Below are positions 1 to 27,592 of a stretch of DNA of 64,000 nt, piece by piece. Under the pieces are notes generated by a model. The model ran no database searches and had not been told where the DNA came from. It saw only the letters and a list, made by a program, of their open reading frames with translations. Position 1 is the stretch's first letter; every line of letters starts with the position of its first letter. The stretch comes from Neocallimastix sp. 'constans' (Eukaryota): assembly GCA_050613775.1 (NCBI GenBank), contig JBODTK010000158.1:1-64000 (forward strand), written 5' to 3'. Both the position numbers and the translations under genes were made by a program.

Positions 1-366
1 ATTTTTTTCAATTTTATATTTTTATATTTAAGTTTTACACAAATACATTTAACTTTACAATAAAACAATATTATAAATATAAAGATATATATTTATTTTA
101 TAAAATTTTAAATTATTAGTTTAAATAAATGTATGTTTTTTTTTTTTTTTTTATCTAAAATCTATATTACTTTGTTTATAATTAATAAAAAAGAGTATAG
201 CCATTTTTGAAATTGTTTGAAAGGATAATTTTAAATTTACATATATATATTATTTTATTTTTGAAATTTTTATTTCATTTTATTTTTTTCTTTATAATTG
301 AATTATATAGTATCTTTTTTGATGATATTTAATTAATTTTATATAATTTATTAATATTTTAATTAT

Positions 367-3300
367 TTATTTTAAAATTTCTTTGTCTTTATATGTGATA
401 TTGAATGATTTTTTAATTAAACCACCGTCATAACGTGGTGATAGGTAATCACTTGGACCTGGGAGTTTATTATCTTTATTATAACTAAATCTTTCAGACT
501 AGAATTTTTTAATATATATATATATATATTAATATTTAAATAAAAAAATAAAGAAAAAAAAATTTTTTTTTTGTAAAATTTTATTTTTATAATTATTATA
601 AATTTATTACTTTTCCCATAAATGACTCATCATTTACAGGGGCATGGAAATTTTTCTTGTTAGGTAAGGATGGATTATACAAGCCTGGCGGTAGACGATT
701 ATTATCTTTTATTTTATTATTTTTATTATTTTATTTTAGTTAACCGTAAATCAGCATTAAAAATTTAATAATAAATACATATTTAATCTTACTTATATTA
801 AGTTTAAACCTTTCCTTTAATGTTAAACCAAGTTTGCCATGTGATTTTACCATATCATATGCTTGACTTGAGTCATAACTACCAGGCGCAGGGTTTTCTT
901 TATTACATTATATAATAATATTTATTAATATCATACAAAATAATAAAATAAATATTATCAATATATATGTATTTATATATTATATATATATTTTTTATTT
1001 TATTTTTTTTTTTTTTTTTTATTTCTTTTATATATATATTATATATATATAATATATATTTATTTATTTTACTTAATATTACCATTTTCACCATATTTGG
1101 CAAACCTATCATGTTGAGATCCGAAACCAACTTTAACTACTTCATCAGTGTTATATGCATTTTTAACCGCTTTCGTTTGTTTATTGTCATTTATTTTGGT
1201 TAAATCATTTGCATTTTGATTAACTATTATTCCCGATTTAATTTTATTATTATCATCCGGTATAGACTTTTCATTTACTGATGTTAAAGTTTTATCAAAA
1301 CTATCGCCGACATAGTTATATTGACCTGGTCCAGGACATGGTGACTAAATTTTTAAAATTTCAATGTTAATTATATAAAAAAAAAATTTTTTTTTTCTAA
1401 TTATATATATTAATATTATATGCATATTTACTATTTTAGTTGTAGGGAATCTTTTTGAAGTTGTACCAAAACCATATGTTTTCGTAGATGGTACATTGTG
1501 GTGTATTTTAGGATCAAAATCAAATTTCTTTTATTAATGGATATTTAAAATAATTTTTAATATAACAAGTCAAAAAGAAAAGTATTAATCATAATTTTTT
1601 TAATGAAAATTATAATTAATTATCCTTAATTATTTTAAAATTAATATATATATTAAAAGTACATTACAATATTATATTGTCCAGGGCCCGGTATGACCTG
1701 CTTTTCATGATCTTCTTTAAATCTACCATCTTTTGAAAGAGAACTTTTTCCCTTTGAATTTGCTTTATATAAATAGTCGTTTTCAGAAAAGTCATGTTCT
1801 ACATTGTATGCACCCGGTCCCGGTGCACAATTATCTCTTGTATTTTTCTGTACATTACTAAGTGATTTAACTGTACCGAATCTATCTTCTTTTCCACCTA
1901 TTTTTTAAAAATATAATTTTTATTTATTTATTTATTTATATTATATTTTATTATTATTGTTATATTTTATTTTATTATTATAAATATATATAATATATTT
2001 ATATGTTTTTTTAATAATTAATTTGTAAATAAATTAGGTAATAATATTATTATATTATTTTATAATATCTTAATTTACCAAAGAAAAATAAGTCCTTTTT
2101 TTTTGAAGAAGTCTTTGATGAGGCTACTTCAACTTTATAAGCACCAGGTCCAGGTATATTCTTTTTTTTTTTTTTTTTTTTTTTTAAACAAAATTAAATA
2201 AATTATTTAATACGTTCTAAAATAACTAATAATTATTTTTATTTACATTTTTATTATATTTATTTTTTAGTTTTTATTTTTATTTTTTTTATTTTTATTT
2301 TTTTTTAAAAATTTACCCTTTTAATTTCCTGTTTATAAATAGCTTCACTAAATCTTACGTTGGGGGCATATTTCATTAATGCAGAAGCTTTATTTCTCTT
2401 TTTAATTCCGTATGATTCAATATTTTTTGTTAAATTATATTTTCCTGGTCCAGGTATATCTTTATTAATTTTAAATGCTTCTCTTTCTTTTACTCCATTG
2501 CCAAATGTGTAACCACCTCTATATACATTATTACTTTGTATTGTAGTATTTTTTATGTCATAGTATGCAGGACCAAGCTATAAAACAAATGTTAATTTAC
2601 AAATATTTAATTATTAAATTAATTTATTAATTTATATTGTCATTATTTTTAATAATATTATTAAATCATATTTAAATCATATAAATATTTTATATAAAAC
2701 CAATAATTTACAGTTTCATCCGTTGGTGGAGGTTTTCTTGGTTCTATATCACCATCTTTGATTAAAATATTATATATTGAAAAAAAAAAAAAATTGAATA
2801 TTAATAATTAATAAATAGATAAATATATTAAAGTTTAGCAACTAATATAATAAATAAAACAGTAATTTTATGATATTGAACCTTTATTTTCAATAAATCC
2901 ATATGTTAAATTTTTATATGGAATACTAGGAGTTACGAACTTTCTTTTCCATACAAGATTACATTTTTCTATATTTTCTTTCTTTAATTCATTTTTTTTA
3001 CTTGGATTATTTTTTGTTGAAATATTATTTTTAATTATCATATTTCCATCATCACTATCTTCATCTAAATCTATTGTTGAATTAAGAGTTTTTTCTTTGA
3101 AATTGAAATTTTTCATTTTTGTAGTATTATTTTCTTCATTATCTTTAATCATTTCTGATATAGGTATATAGTCAATTTTAGGTGTATATCCATAACCCAT
3201 ATTTGAATTCATTGCTAAATGTCCAATTTTTGGACCAGATTTTTCAATCTTTTTTAATTATTATATATAATTATATAATTAATTGTTTAATATTAGTATT

Positions 3301-3821
3301 CTATTCAGATATTTATAATGAATATACGTATATTCAAATATTTTTTTTTATTTTAACAATAATTACTTCATTTCCTATTTTTTGTCTTATGTTATACGTT
3401 GCAGGTCCAGGTGATATATTTTTTGGATTTTTAAATCGACAACTTCTACCAAATGGAACAATTCTACCTGTTTTATTTATCGGTATAGGTGCTGTATTGT
3501 ATTCATTTGGTGATGGATTATTTACCCCTGATTCATTAAATAATGTTATTCTAGGTTGAAGTGAACTAAATGGTGCAAACCTTTTATTTTATTTTATTTT
3601 ATTTTTATTTTTATTTTTTTTTTTTTTTTCAAATTAATATATATGAAAATTTAAAAGAAAAATCAATGATTTTTAAATTTATATCATTATTTCTAATATA
3701 CATATATATACCCTTGAGTTTTTGAATTTTCAAATTCTTCTGTTTTTTGATATGAAGTCGGTCCAATATTAGGATTGTCACTTGTGACGAAGTTTATTAC
3801 TCTTTCTGACCTCGAATACAT
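367..3821 (-). CDS. Sperm-tail PG-rich repeat (SHIPPO/STPG2-like) protein, multi-exon; probable flagellar protein
   Basis: Minus-strand exons translate to MYSRSERVINFVTSDNPNIGPTSYQ..FAPFSSLQPR.., repeated PGPG(A/Q/K)Y motifs (plus-strand ccaggtccagg / cccggtcccgg), FVTPSIPYKNLTYGF, and end LPGPSDYLSPRYDGGLIKKSFNITYKDKEILK*. The N-terminus resembles STPG2. Confidence 0.75.
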
Positions 3822-3924
3822 TTACTAATTATACATTAACTGCACTTTTTTTTCTTTTTTTGTTTTTATTTTTTTTTTATAAATTTTTATTATGATTATT
3901 ATTATATTATAATTTAATTATGTA

Positions 3925-3958
<34 letters not shown>

Positions 3959-4644
3959 TTTTTTCAATATATTGTAATTATAAGATTATAAAAAAATATA
4001 TATATATTTATAAAATAAATTTATATATAAATTTATATATATATATACTTTTTTTGAATAAATATATTTATTAAACTTTTTATATAAATGAATTAAAAAT
4101 GGAAAATAGTTGGATACATAATAAAAAGAAAAAAAACGGAAATTTATATTTTTTAATAAAATATTAAATTTTAAAATTTGATAAAATAAATCTTGTATAT
4201 ATTTGATCAAAAAAGTTTATATATATATATATAAATAAAAAATTCTAAATAGTAAAATTCTAAAAATTCCAATAAGATAAAAAAATTTTTTTGGCGTAAT
4301 TTAATTTAAACTTAATGAATATAGAGAATAATTTTTTTTTTCTTTTTTTTTTATATTTATATATATTAAATATTTATTTTATTTTATTATTATTATTATT
4401 TCAATTAAAAAATAGTTTAATTTTCTTTTTCTTACTAATTAATTAATTAATTAATTAATTTATTTATTTATCCATTTATTTAATTATTTAATTATTATTT
4501 TATTATTAAATTTTATTATTTTATTTTATTAAAACATTTTATTATTATTTTGTTTAATTATATTTAATTGTATTAAATTTTATTTTGCTTTATACTTATT
4601 TTGTATAATTTTATTTTTGTAATCTATCAAATAATTGTAAAAAT

Positions 4645-7600
4645 CTATTCTAATAAATTACATTTACAATTACAATTTGATACTGGACATTCATCATGAT
4701 TTTCAAACCATTCCATCATATGAATAGCATGACCACCATGGAAACAAGATTGACACCATGTAAACCAGTAATTAAAACTGTTTTGAGGATCTTTTATTAT
4801 TTATTTTGTTTATTTAATTATTTAATATATATATTATTATTATTAATTATTTTTATATTTTATATAATAATATTTATATTATAAATAAATATAGTAATAT
4901 TATTATATTACCTTCATTTTCACTGATATTTGTATGATTTCCTTTTCTTTGATTTTGGAGTGTATCGATAGGTGTTCCCATCAACAACATACATAATGAA
5001 CAACGAGGTAATGCTTTTCTACAATTTGGACATGCAGATGACTACCATTATTAAATTAAATATTTATAAAAAAATTTTTTTTTTTATTTGTTTAGTTTAT
5101 ATTACTTTAATTATTATTATAATTTAAATAAACATACTTTATATTGATTTGGTGTGTTTGTTGCTCCTGAAGCACCTGCTGCACTTTGAGCAGCAGAAGC
5201 TAGAACATTTGGATTTCCTGATACATTATTTGGTCCATTTGTTTTGGATGAATTTAATAAATTATGTGTTATTGATTGATTACAAAAATTACATCTGACA
5301 TATATTTGTGATGGTATTGGTATAGAGGATAAATTTGAATTATTTGAATTATTATTTGATTGATTACTTATAGCCAATTTATTGTTCATTTGATTAGAAA
5401 GTTCATCACTAATACTGTCTGCAATCTTTCTACGTGCTATATCAAAATAGACTCTAATATGGAATAATTGCCAACGGTCAAGTAATAAACGATAGCTATA
5501 TTATAAAAAAAAAAAAGTTAAATATACAAAAAATGTTACTACTATTTTAATTAATACATTGATATTGATCCAATTAAAATATTTATTTAAATTTTATTTT
5601 TTTTTACTTTTCGACCCATTCTGTAACTTTATTATTATTAAATACTTTTGGAACAACTTGACTTAAAACCAGACAGGTTGTTTGTATATCCCCTGTTTTA
5701 TTAATATATTGCTCAAAAAGTTCAATGCCTAATGGTGTTAAACCAGTTAATAATAAACCCTCTAAATTACCATTATTTATTGAAAATGATGCAATATCTT
5801 TTAAATAATTATCTAACTATAAATAAAAGTTTAAATTTACAATAATATTAATTAATTAATTAATTAATAAAATAAATAAATAAATAAATAAATAAATGAT
5901 TTATAAAATAGTTATAAAACTATAAATATAAATATAAACATACATCATTATCATTTAAGAATCTTAATGCTATTGATACACGATCACCTAAACTTATTCC
6001 TGGTTCATTTAATATAATATTCCAAGAATCTTTTTCATTTCCTGTTGGGTTTGATAAAAGTCTAAATATAGATCTTAAATATGGATCAACTAAATCAAAA
6101 CTTAGTGACTTACATAATTCTTTCCAAACATTATTATTATTGTTATTAATATTGGTAAAACCAGCTAATGCAGTTGCTACTAATTTATGATTTTCATAAT
6201 TACTAGAATTTAATGCTTTAATTGCTCTTTCTAAACTGGATAAATGGAATATAGCCCATCCGGCTGCTTTTTCGAATTCACCAACTCTTTCCAAACTAAT
6301 TAAATTTCAGAAAAACAATATATATATATATATTTATAAATATTTATAAATATAGATATATAATGAATAATAACATTCTTTTATTTAAATTTTTTTTTTT
6401 TTATTTATTTTATTTTATTTTATTTTATTTTATTTTATTTTATTTTATTTTATTTTATTTTATTTTATTTTATTTTATTTTATTTTATTTTATTTTATTT
6501 TATTTTATTTTATTTTATTTTATTTTATTTTATTTTATTTTATTTTATTTTATTTTATTTTATTTTATTTTATTTTATTTTATTTTATTTTATTTTATTT
6601 TATTTTATTTTATTTTATTTTATTTATTTTATTTTATTTTATTTTATTTTATTTTATTTTATTTTATTTTATTTTATTTTATTTTATTTTATTTTATTTT
6701 ATTTTATTTTATTTTATTTTATTTTATTTTATTTTATTTTATTTTATTTTATTTTATTTTATTTTATTTTATTTTATTCAATCTGTACTTTATATTTAAT
6801 ATTCTACTATTTATTTTATTTTATTTTATTTTATTTTATTTTATTTTATTTTATTTTATTTTATTTTATTTTATTTTATTTTATTTTATTTTATTTTATT
6901 TTATTCAATCTGTACTTTATATTTAATATTCTACTATTTATTTTATTTTATTTTATTCAATCTGTACTTTATATTTAATATTCTACTATTTATTTTATTT
7001 TATTTTATTTTATTCAATCTGTTCTTTATATTTAATACTCTACTATTTATTTTATTTAATTTTATTTTAATTTATTCAATCTGTACTTTATATTTAATAT
7101 TCTACTATTTATTTTAATTTATTTTATTTTATTTTATTTTATTTTATTCTATTTATTATTATTATTTTTATTTTATTTTCTTTTTACCTTTGAATGGCCA
7201 ATTCCACTTCTGACTGATCATTTCTTAAATCCCAGCCACAAAGATTAAGGGCTAATTCACGTTCTGGACTGTAATATATTGGGAATGGAAGATCTGAATT
7301 TTGATATAACTGTATAATTCTTTGCTGTTGCTGTTGTTCATTCAATAAATAATTTGTTGAGTTATTTGTATTTTGATCAACCGTTATATTCTGCATTGAG
7401 TTTTGATTATATGGTCTACCTTGTGGTGTTGGAACATTTTCATCATATTCATTTCTTCCAGTTAAGCTTGGGGAATAGTTTTGATATAAATAATTTTGAT
7501 TTAATTCACTATTTCCTCCACTTAATCTATATAAATGTTTTTTCTCTTGTTCAGACATTTCTTGTTCATTATATTGTCTATTTTCTGGATTTATATGAAT

Positions 7601-10600
7601 ATTTTTTTTATCTGAATAATTTTCATTTTTATTAATATTTTGGGACACAGCATTTGCATATGATTTACTCATTCTTCTTTTTGATATTTCATTTTTTTGA
7701 CTTATATTTAATTTTTGACTTGGTTCTAATATTAATAAACATAAAAATAAATAAGATAAATTGATATTAAATAAATAATAAAATAAAATAAAATAAAAAA
7801 AAAAAAAAAATATAAAAATAATATGAAAAAAAAAATATAAAAAATAACAAAAATAAATAATTATAATTAATAATTTGTTATAAATCATAATTATATTTTT
7901 ATTTATTTATATATACTTTTGCTTTCATTAATAATAGATAAAATTCCCATCAATGCATAGTTTTTTCCATTTAATAATGTTTTTCCTTCATGTGAAAGAT
8001 TTCTTATTTCTAAAATTAAATTATAAATAAATAAATTTACAAGTATAACAAATAAAATATTATAATTTTGTCTTTGAATACATACCATTTAGCCATGACC
8101 ATAATTCAACTAATTCATTAGTTAAACCTGGTATATTTAAATTTTTAGTAATCTAATAAAAAAATAAATTTTCATTTAATTATTTAATATTTAATTTTTA
8201 CATCATTTATATTATATGATTTTAATAAAATATTTTTATTATTACATCCATCGAATAACCAGCAATAGCTCTTTCACGCATTATTACTGATATATCATTC
8301 TGCATTAATTGTAATGGAGGTATAGCATTTGGTGATATCTTCATATTATTTGGTTGATTTAACAGATTATTTATATGATTATTCACCTTTTTAAAATTGT
8401 TATCATTTAAATCTGGCTTTGATGTTGTATCATACATTGTTAGAGAATGTGTATTTGAACAGGTTAAACCTCCTAATGGATGCCATGTCATTTTAAATGG
8501 TTCATTAAAATCTAATACTTCAATAATTGAATCTTTAACAACCGCAATTACACGTTGAGAACAGGATGCTGAATTTGAAGAAGTTGGTATCCATGCAAAT
8601 GTCGTAATAGCTCCTGAACTAATGGATTTTACTATTATATTATAAATATTTTAATTTAGTATTTATTTAATTAATATAATATTTATATCTATAAAAATAA
8701 TATACCTTGTCTCATTTTCCATACTATTGGTATATTTGAACATTCTTGTTTTGAATTAGATTTTCCTACAATCACATTATTTGAATTATTATTACTATTT
8801 AAATTATTATTACTATATTTAATATATTCATTATTATTATTATTCTGATTATTATTTGAAGCTTTTGAATCTAATATTATTTCTGTATTTTTATTATTAA
8901 CAGTAACTTTATATATTGAATTATTGTCTAATTCAGTTGTATTATTTGTAATTTCATTTATATTTTGTGTTGCATCGATATTATTATTTACTGTGATTCC
9001 AGAATTATTAAACTTAAACGATTGCGTATTTAAATTTAATGATCCGGTTCCTTTTGTTATTCCTTCTTGAATGTTCCATAAATTTAAATATTGTGAATTA
9101 TTACCACATGCGGCAAGAAAACCTGAACGTATTGGAGACCACAGAATTTGTGATATACCTTGTTTATATTCACTATTAATACTAATTAAGTATGATTTAG
9201 TTAAAAATTAATAACTTTAAAATATTTCTAAATTATATTAAAATTAAATTTATAAATAATAATAGAAAAGGATATAGCATCATTGTTATGACTAATATAT
9301 CTAATATCCCAAATTTTAATTATTCCATCATCTCCAAAACTAGCAATTCGATTATGATTAAAGGGATCAACACATACACCATTTATAGATTTTGTTGAGA
9401 TAACAATACTTGGGGCATTACTTCCATTACCTTTTATTTATTTAATTTTATTTAATTAAGATTAATTAAATTTCAATACTTTGTTGTATGACGCGATTTA
9501 AAACAATTTAATTTTATTTTAGAAATATTATAAATTTTTATTAGATCTTTACTTTTAACGTCATAAATTCTTATATATTTCATAGCCATACCAGCAGCAA
9601 TTTTTGGTGAACCACTTGGGAACCATGCTGCTGATTGTACTGCTTCCGACGAACCATATAATGCTAATGGACTTGGGCTGTATATTTTTAATTTAATTAA
9701 ATATATATTAGCAAATTTATATATATAATACTAATAAAATAATAAATGTATAATTACTTTTGCATATTATATGATTTTAGAGGCATCATAGAGTTGGGTT
9801 CATGATACAATGCTTAATATAAAAAAATATTTTAATAAATTTCTTTTTTTTTTTTTTTTTAATATTTATATAAAATAAATGTTACAATTATCTTTTTCAG
9901 CTATAACTTGTGGTGAAGCAGTCGAATTATTGTAAATTGGGTTTATTCCACTGACAGGTTGATTTTTAAATCCGATATTGCGAACTTGCTGCTGAATTGA
10001 AATTTGCTGATTACCCATTCCAGCACCATAAGCATTATTTATATTTAAATGAGGATTGAAATTTGAATTATTATTATATTGAAATGGAGGATTTTTAAAA
10101 TCTTGTAGATTATCATATGGATTATTAATTGGTGGTATAATATTTCCGTTCATATTATTTTTATCGAAATTTAATCTATCATTATTTTGAGGTCCGTTAT
10201 TTCCATTAATATTAGGCATATTATTATACATATTATTCATTTGATTGTTTGATTTAAATTCATCCATTCGAATATCCATATTAGGATTTGAAAATTTACT
10301 TCTTCTTAATTGTGTTTCAACATCCCATATATAAAGACATGGATCATTACGTACTTTATCTAAACCTGCTGCTAATAAATTTGTATTTACTGGACAAAAT
10401 GCTACAATATTACAGGCTCTACTATGAGTTGGTTGAAATTCACCAATAATTTTTCCAGAATTTCCAGAAGAACTTGGAAAATATGCTGAATTTGGTACTG
10501 TATTATGAAGTGATGATAATGAGAATCCATTAAGTCTAATAAGTAAAGTTCTACCTGTTGTTTGACCTACAGCAATAACATTTTGATATTCTGGATCTGG

Positions 10601-11001
10601 GGACCAGGTAAAACACTTTATATTAAAGTAAAATATTATTAATTATTTTAAAATTATATACAAATTTGTTACTTGTACATCACGATAAAAATTTAAATAT
10701 ATACCTTATTAATTAATTGATTATCTGAATTAATAGCAACTAATTGACATTGTGGAATTCCATCAATAGACTATTATTATTTTAATAAATATTAAAATAA
10801 CATATATTGAGGATATTATTTAAATTATTAAAAAAAAATTTTTTTAAATTTGAAATTTTATTTAATAAATTATTTTATTCTTCTATGTATACTTACTGAA
10901 GAATAGTAATCATAAAGTTTGAGATCTGGAACACCTACTAAAAATTGAGAAATGTTTTTATGTGGTGACCATAAAATTCTTTTAGCACGTTGTTGGCTCA
11001 T
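4645..11001 (-). CDS. SEA4: GATOR2/SEA complex subunit MIOS/Sea4 (WD40 repeats + C-terminal zinc finger/RING), multi-exon
   Basis: Starts [16 protein letters not shown]40 segments ([20 protein letters not shown]), [54 protein letters not shown] and [36 protein letters not shown] are typical of MIOS/Sea4. Confidence 0.9.
6410..7145 (-). repeat. (TTTTA)n microsatellite with five embedded 33-bp cores related to the 50.4-kb minisatellite, inside a SEA4 intron
   Basis: ttcaatctgtactttatatttaatattctacta at about 6777, 6904, 6956, 7013 (variant) and 7075. Confidence 0.92.
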
Positions 11002-11945
11002 TTTACATTAATTTTATATTTGATATTGATTATAAAAATAAAAAAGTAATTTTTTTAAAATATTTATTTTTTAAAATATTTATTTTATTTTATTTTATTC
11101 TATTCTATTTTATTTTATTTTACTTTACTTTATTATTTATCTTTCATTTTTTAAAAAATTATGTTAATTTAATTTATATTCATTATTTTATTTTTTATTA
11201 ATCTTCTTAATTATTTAATTTATTCTAGTTTCGAATTATATAGATTATTATTTAAAATTCAAAAACTAAATTCATTTTTCAATTAGTTCCTTTATATACT
11301 TAATGTAATGATTAATGTTTATTTAAGAATATATAAATTATTTATATATTATAAATATTTTTTTTTTATTATTTTTTATTTTTTTCACTTTCTTTATAAA
11401 ATATTTTTTCACTTTCTTTTCGTTTTGCTTTCTTTTAAATATTTAATATTGTTTATTTTTGTAATAAAAAATAACCTTTATTTATTCATAAATAAAATTT
11501 TTACTTGCATTACTGCAGTATTGGAAGCTTATAATTATATAAAAGATTTTTATTTAATTAAATCTTATAAATGTAAAATACAATTTAATATATATTTTTT
11601 AATTAATATAATATTATTATCTATATATAATATGTATATATATATTTATTATATTTTGATTTATTAAAATCATAATTTATAAAAAAATTTAGTACAATCT
11701 TTTTTTTATTAATATATTTTATTTTTCTATATTTTATTTTTTATCTTTGATATTTGAACATTTAAAAATTAATTTCATTAATTTTAGATAATTAAAATTT
11801 AATAGACTAACAGTAAATAATTATTTAAATCCATTCTTAATATCAAAAAATAAATATCAATCATCAAATAACAATTTATTAAATATTAAACTTTTTATTA
11901 ATGGTATAATAATTTTTAATTGAAAAATAAGAAAAGATTACCAAA

Positions 11946-17840
<5,895 letters not shown>

Positions 17841-18101
17841 ATAGAAATAATATTGAAAGGAATACCTCAATATTAATTTAGATATAATTATTTAATAATA
17901 ATAAATTCATTAATACAAAATTTTTTTTTTTTTTTTCAAAAAATATTATTAAAAAAAATTAAATTATTTTCAAAAAAAAAAAAATAATAATAATAATAAA
18001 ATTAATTTTTTAAATTATTCTTTTTACAAAAATAAAAATAAAAATAAAAATAAAAAAATAAAATATAAAAAAATAAAGAATAAAAAAATAAAATAAATTC
18101 A

Positions 18102-18135
<34 letters not shown>

Positions 18136-19090
18136 AAACATTTATTTTTTTTTTTATTAGTTTATTAATTATTTTTTTTTTATATATTTAGAAATTAAAT
18201 ATTATTATAAATAAAAAATTATTAAATTAAAACATAATATAATAAATATTAATAAGATAAAGATTTATATATATATATATATATAATATTATTTTATTCT
18301 TATTGTCTATTTATTTATTTATTTATTTATGTATTTATTTATTTATTTATTTTTAATTTTTTATTATTAATTTTTTATTATAGTTATATTTCATATTTTT
18401 AAATCAATTTTTGTACAACATTCCTAAAAAAAAATTCAATTAATATCTTTTTAACAAAAAAAAAAAAAAAAAAAAATATTTAGATATATATATATCCGTA
18501 TTCTATATATATATTAATTTAAAGATTTAAATTTTATCTTTTGTTGTAATTTTATTGTAAATTGAAAATGTAAATAATATTTTAATTTTTTAAATTTTAT
18601 ATATATTTTTAATAAAGTAATAAAATGTTATTAAAATAGTTTTTAATAATTTAATTTTAGACTAAAAGATGAATGATAAATTTATTTCAAACATGATAAA
18701 ATATAATTAATAACATAAGTTTTAAAAATGGATAAATAAATAATAATTATAATTATATATTATATTTTCATTAAAAATTAAAATAAAAACAATTCAAATT
18801 AAAATATATATATGTATATATAAAGAATTATTTATAATAATTGGTATTTTATTAATTATAAAATTTCAAATTTCAATAATCAATTTACGTTAAATTCATT
18901 TTATATTATGAGAATTAAAATTTCTAATTTTAATAAATATAAAATTTTTAAATAATTTTAGAAAGAATTTTATTGAAATAAAACGATAATTTGTTATATT
19001 TTACATTAATAATCGAAAACTTCTTTTTTTATATTTTATTTTTTTATATATATATATTTTTTTTTTTTACTTTAAAAAGAATTAGTAACT

Positions 19091-20416
19091 ATGCTTTGGG
19101 TAGATAAATACAGACCAACTTCATTAGATAAATTAGATTATCATGAAAATATTACAAAGCAACTCAAAGCTTTGACGCAATTAAATGATTTTCCTCATAT
19201 TATTTTTTATGGACCACCTGGTGCAGGAAAAAAAACAAGAATAAATTGTGTCCTTAAAGAGCTTTTTGGCAGCGGTGTAGAAAAGGTATAAATTATATAT
19301 ATACATTTAATAACCGATAAAATTATTAAAAATATATATTTTTATATTATCAAAAAAAAATAAAACATATCAATAACATCAACGTCAATAATAAAATTAA
19401 AAATTAAAGATGAAAACTATCCAAAAGGAATATCAAACTCCATCAGGAAGAAAAATAGATCTTAATTTAGTTGTTAGTAACTATCATATCGAATTAAATC
19501 CAGGGTAAATACATAAGATATTTACTTAAACGTATAATTTGTAACTGATATATTAATTATATTTTAAAAATTTACTTTTAAAGACAAGTAACAACACAAG
19601 ATAGAGTAATTATTCAAAATGTTATTAAAGAAATTGCTCAAACTCAACAAATTGACTCATCAGCTCAAAAAAAATTTAAAGGTACAAAAAATAAAATATA
19701 TTTTTATAAATAACATAAAATTAATAATTATATTTATGATTTATAATTATAATATATATAGAATTATTAATATTATTTGATAGTATGTATTAAATATTAC
19801 TAATTAATATATTTATTAATAATCATTAAATTAAAAAAAAAATTAGTCGTTCTATTAAATGAAGCTGATCATTTATCAAAAGATGCCCAACATGCTCTCC
19901 GTAGAACCATGGAAAAATATTCATCCAATTTAAGATTAATTTTATGCTGTGATAATACTAGTAAAATAATAGCACCAATTCAAAGTCGTTGTTTATTATT
20001 AAGAATATCCGCACCAGAAGAAGATGAAGTAAAAAAAAAAAAAAATAAAAAAATAAAAATAATAATACTTTTAAAAGAATAAAAAAAAATAAATAAATAA
20101 TTAATTACTTATATAACTAAATATTTTAAACTATTATAAATATTAATATACTTTCATAGATTGCTAATATATTAAATCAAGTAGCAAATAAAGAGGGAAT
20201 AAAATTACCACAAAAATTTGCGAAAGTCATTGCAAAAAAATCAAACAGAAATTTAAGAAGAGCTATTCTTATGTTAGAAACGGCTCGTGTTCAACAATAT
20301 CCATTTTCTGAAGATCAAGATGTAATATTACCAGATTGGGAAGTATTTATTAAAAATTTAACAAATATGATTCTCCAAGAACAATCACCTGAAAGGTAAA
20401 TTATCAAACTTTTTCA

Positions 20417-20500
<84 letters not shown>

Positions 20501-20862
20501 TAATTTTTTTTTTTTTTTTTTTTAACCATTTAATAATTATTAATTATTAATATTAATTATAATAATTTAATAATAATATTATTAATAATAATAAAAATAA
20601 TAATAATAACTAAAAAAAAAAATTTTGTTATTATTTATATATTATTTAATTTAGAGCATTACAAGTTAGAGGCAAGCTCTACGAACTTTTAACTCATTGT
20701 ATTCCACCAACATTAATTATCAAAGTAATTATTTTTATATTTTTAAAGCAAAATTATAAAGAACAAAATAAAAAAATAAAAAAAAAAATAAAAGAAAAAA
20801 AAAAAAAAAAAAGGAAAAATAAAAGAAAAAATACTTATAATATTTTACAAATATTAATTAAT

Positions 20863-20899
<37 letters not shown>

Positions 20900-21050
20900 T
20901 TAAATATATTAAAGACTTTAGCTATTGAACTTGCTCAAAATGTTGATAATCAATTAAAAGGAAGAATATTCCAAGAAGCAGCAAAATATGTATGTTTTAT
21001 TATTATTATGATTTCAAAGTTTAAATATAATATATATGTGATTATATATA

Positions 21051-21085
<35 letters not shown>

Positions 21086-21255
21086 AGTATTAATAAATAA
21101 ATAAATTTATTCTTTACAAAAAAAAAAAAAAAAATCATGGTAATAAATAGGAAGCTAATTTACAAAAAGGAAATAAAGCAATCTTCCATATAGAAGCCTT
21201 TGTCATTAAAATAATGGCAATTTATAAAAAATATATTATTGATATGACCAGATAA
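19091..21255 (+). CDS. RFC5: Replication factor C small subunit (yeast Rfc5 / human RFC3 type), multi-exon
   Basis: MLWVDKYRP, variant Walker A GPPGAGKKT, variant Walker B LLNEADHL, AQHALRRTMEKY, IQSRC, VRGKLYELLTHCIPP and GNKAIFHIEAF. GKKT and NEAD are characteristic of this subunit. Confidence 0.93.
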
Positions 21256-21968
21256 ATGATTAAATTAATAATTTTAATTCAGCCTGAGATTGAATTGGTT
21301 AATATTTAATTATCATAATTGACACATATTTTTTAGTTTAAATCAAAAAAAAAAAAAAAATAAAAAAAAAAAAAAAAAAATAAAAAAAAAATGTATACCT
21401 TATTAATATTAGTTTATATTTATAGTTAACGATCTATTTATTAATAAAATACAAATGTTCATATATATAATAAAAATATTTTATATATAATACACATGTA
21501 ATTTAATTATTTCTATTTCACCCTGTTTTATTATATTTTTTATTTTTATTTTTATTATATATATATATATATATATATTTCTTCTTATTGTAATTTTTAC
21601 TTTTATTTAAATATTTAAAAAATTATTATAATAAAAAAGAATAACATTTTATTATATTGAAGAAAAGAAAAGAAAAAAAAAATTCTAAAATTTAATTTTT
21701 AATAATTTTATATATAGAATTTGTTTTCTTAAAAACTTTACTTTTTATAAATATTCAATAATTATATATTTAATTCAAAAAAAAAAAAAAAAAAAAAAAA
21801 AAAATTAAGAATGAAATAATAAAAATAATCTATATATAAAATAATAATTAAATGTAATAAAAAAAATAAATAAAAAAAAAAAAAAATTTTAATAATTTCG
21901 CTTGTGTAAAATATTTAATAATATTTATTATTATTATTTTAATTATTATTATTTAATAATAATTTATT

Positions 21969-27463
<5,495 letters not shown>

Positions 27464-27554
27464 TTTATAAATTCAAAATACTAAATTTCTTTAGCTGTAC
27501 TATTGAATTAAATTATAAGGAAATTTCAATATTATTGTAATTATATTAAAAAAT

Positions 27555-27592
<38 letters not shown>

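Noticed and set aside
6363..6926. 187-aa FILFY-repeat ORF, and similar poly-Y/I/N ORFs at 22522, 27674, 28332, 28357 and 58502
   Set aside because: These are translations of stop-free microsatellites in introns or intergenic DNA.
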